From NCBI GenBank assembly GCA_040387635.1, contig JAZKDJ010000001.1, positions 179,851 to 243,850 of the forward strand: DNA of 64,000 bases. The letters are read 5' to 3'. Shown piece by piece: positions 62,698-64,000 of this stretch. Position numbers and translations under genes: made by a program. The DNA is from Patescibacteria group bacterium. Its GTDB lineage: Bacteria > Patescibacteriota > Minisyncoccia > Phycocordibacterales > PALSA-1337. Within the stretch, counting starts at the first letter, position 1, and the number at the start of each line of letters is the position of its first letter. Below the pieces are notes generated by a model, which was not told the origin of the DNA, ran no database searches, and saw nothing but the letters and a program-made list of their open reading frames with translations.

Positions 62698-63381
62698 TTA
62701 AAGTATATATTTTCCATTAGGATCGTCCCTGATGATCTGTCCCTTCTCGATGGTGATGACCCGTCCCCCAATCTCATCTACCACGCCCTTGTTGTGCGTT
62801 GTAAGAAGAACCGTTGTACCGAGATCATTGATCTTCTTGAATATCCGGATAATCTCGTAAGCGTTAATTGGATCAAGGTTTCCAGTCGGCTCATCAGCAA
62901 TAACAATATCTGGCTGGTTAACGATGGCACGCGCAATAGCAACGCGCTGCTTCTCTCCTCCTGACATTTCATGAGGAAAACTCCACATCTTGTTGCTGAG
63001 GTCTACGAGCTCAAGCACATGAGGCACATCGGCCGCGATCTCCGCATCCGTCCTTCCAGCAGCTTCCATAGCGAAAGCGATGTTCTCGTATGCAGTCTTG
63101 TTTGGAATTAATCGGTAATCCTGAAATACCACACCGATTCGTCGGCGAAGTTTGTTTACGTCTCTGCGAGCTAGCCTATGAATATTAGTAGATTCGAGGA
63201 AAACAGCACCGTCAGTAGGCTCATCCTCGACAATGAGCATCTTGAGAAGCGTTGATTTACCAGCACCGGAATGGCCCACAATAGTTACGAAATCCTCAGG
63301 TTCTACGGCAAAAGTAACCTTATGGAGCGCGGGTTCATCCTCGTTGTCGTAAATCTTCGTTACATTGTCGTAATAGATCAT
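62698..63381 (-). CDS. ftsE: Cell-division ABC transporter ATP-binding protein FtsE
   Basis: Motifs [17 protein letters not shown] and [12 protein letters not shown] are present in 227 aa. Confidence 0.9.
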   Translation of the reverse strand: MIYYDNVTKIYDNEDEPALHKVTFAVEPEDFVTIVGHSGAGKSTLLKMLIVEDEPTDGAVFLESTNIHRLARRDVNKLRRRIGVVFQDYRLIPNKTAYENIAFAMEAAGRTDAEIAADVPHVLELVDLSNKMWSFPHEMSGGEKQRVAIARAIVNQPDIVIADEPTGNLDPINAYEIIRIFKKINDLGTTVLLTTHNKGVVDEIGGRVITIEKGQIIRDDPNGKYIL

Positions 63382-63446
63382 ACGCCAATTATACTACATA
63401 TCACTTTAAGGTTCTACGAAAAAACAAGTGAAAAGTTAAAACCTAC

Positions 63447-64000
63447 CTATAGATCCTTTTCAGCTTCGATAAACTCATCAATATCGCCTTCAAGCACACT
63501 ATCTACTTTAGCCGTTTCTACGTCAGTTCGATGATCTTTGATCATTTTATATGGATGGAGGACATATGACCGAATCTGATTACCCCAATCAATGGACGTA
63601 GTCTTGCTGATATAAAGTCCCTTCTCTTTAGCCTTACGTTCGTCTTCCATTGTTTTATAAATCTTTGCCTTGAGAATCTCGATGGCCTTCTCCTTGTTCT
63701 GGGCCTGTGATCGCTCGGATGTCACATGTACTGACAGCTTAGTTGGAATATGAACAATACGCACAGCTGTCTCACGCTTATTCACGTTCTGCCCTCCTGG
63801 ACCTCCTGACTTCGCAATAGAGATTTCGATATCCTTGTCTGGAAGATCAAAATCAGCAGACTGTGCTTTCTCAAATTTTGGAATAACTTCAACCAAAGAA
63901 AACGAAGTCTGCCTCAAGCCCTTGGAGTTGAATGGCGACTGTCGAACAAGACGATGCACGCCGGATTCATTCTTAAGAATTCCATAAGGACCCCGTCCAT
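63447..64000 (-). CDS. prfB: Peptide chain release factor 2 (N-terminal part outside window)
   Basis: It has GVHRLVRQSPF, the GGQ motif (SGGPGGQNVNK) and an RF2-type C-terminus. The frame is open from the annotated GTG (63959) to the window edge (…GRGPYGILKNESG-VHRLVR). Confidence 0.9.
   Translation of the reverse strand, partial: GRGPYGILKNESGVHRLVRQSPFNSKGLRQTSFSLVEVIPKFEKAQSADFDLPDKDIEISIAKSGGPGGQNVNKRETAVRIVHIPTKLSVHVTSERSQAQNKEKAIEILKAKIYKTMEDERKAKEKGLYISKTTSIDWGNQIRSYVLHPYKMIKDHRTDVETAKVDSVLEGDIDEFIEAEKDL

Noticed and set aside
1-64000. Search for integrases, transposases, phage genes, CRISPR-cas, restriction-modification or other known defence systems
   Set aside because: No ORF translation showed the corresponding catalytic motifs. 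The Cas4-like nuclease, GIY-YIG protein, DUF45 peptidase and P-loop ATPases occur without the partner genes that define known systems.
63960-64000. Programmed +1 frameshift site of prfB
   Set aside because: The frameshift site lies near the 5' end of RF2 genes, which is beyond the right edge of this window. It cannot be assessed here.

Overview
This 64-kb window is a gene-dense bacterial chromosome segment, coding on both strands. The backbone is AT-rich: my hand counts of 100-nt samples give about 38-40% GC. It looks like a reduced-genome, CPR/Patescibacteria-like organism. That placement is inference from content: many small membrane-anchored secreted proteins of unknown function, two sigma / DUF5667-like anti-sigma pairs, few operons of classical metabolism, and abundant nucleotide-salvage-type kinases. 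The standard genetic code fits all long ORFs. I found one tRNA (Gln-CUG). I found no rRNA, CRISPR array, integrase or transposase.

Recognisable housekeeping genes:
- gpmI (5' partial)
- pyrG, ftsX and ftsE
- prfB (5' partial at the right window edge)
- a DEAD-box helicase and an ABC-F protein
- the DNA repair glycosylases Mpg and a UDG-family protein
- three MsbA-like ABC exporters

Most notable observations:
1. De novo nucleotide-biosynthesis genes are scattered as single-gene or small patches that are clearly GC-richer (about 52-59% by hand count) than their neighbours. They are large single-chain purL, purK, a long-form purM, purD, an archaeal-type purO-like IMP cyclohydrolase, pyrF and a pyrE-like PRTase. 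Three uncharacterised genes share this composition.
2. A DedA-PAP2 fusion protein may couple undecaprenyl-PP dephosphorylation to undecaprenyl-P flipping.
3. Two paralogous modules each combine an ECF-like sigma, a DUF5667-like anti-sigma and a divergent secreted wall-associated protein.
4. A perfect 19-bp inverted repeat encloses a tandem 11-mer.
5. Several small genes and RNA-like structures are absent from the ORF track: two small membrane-protein genes with their own promoter and terminator signals, an lmo0937-type gene, and an orphan plus-strand terminator pair.

No classical defence or mobile system could be supported from the sequence. All function calls rest on motifs read by eye from the translations, not on database searches.
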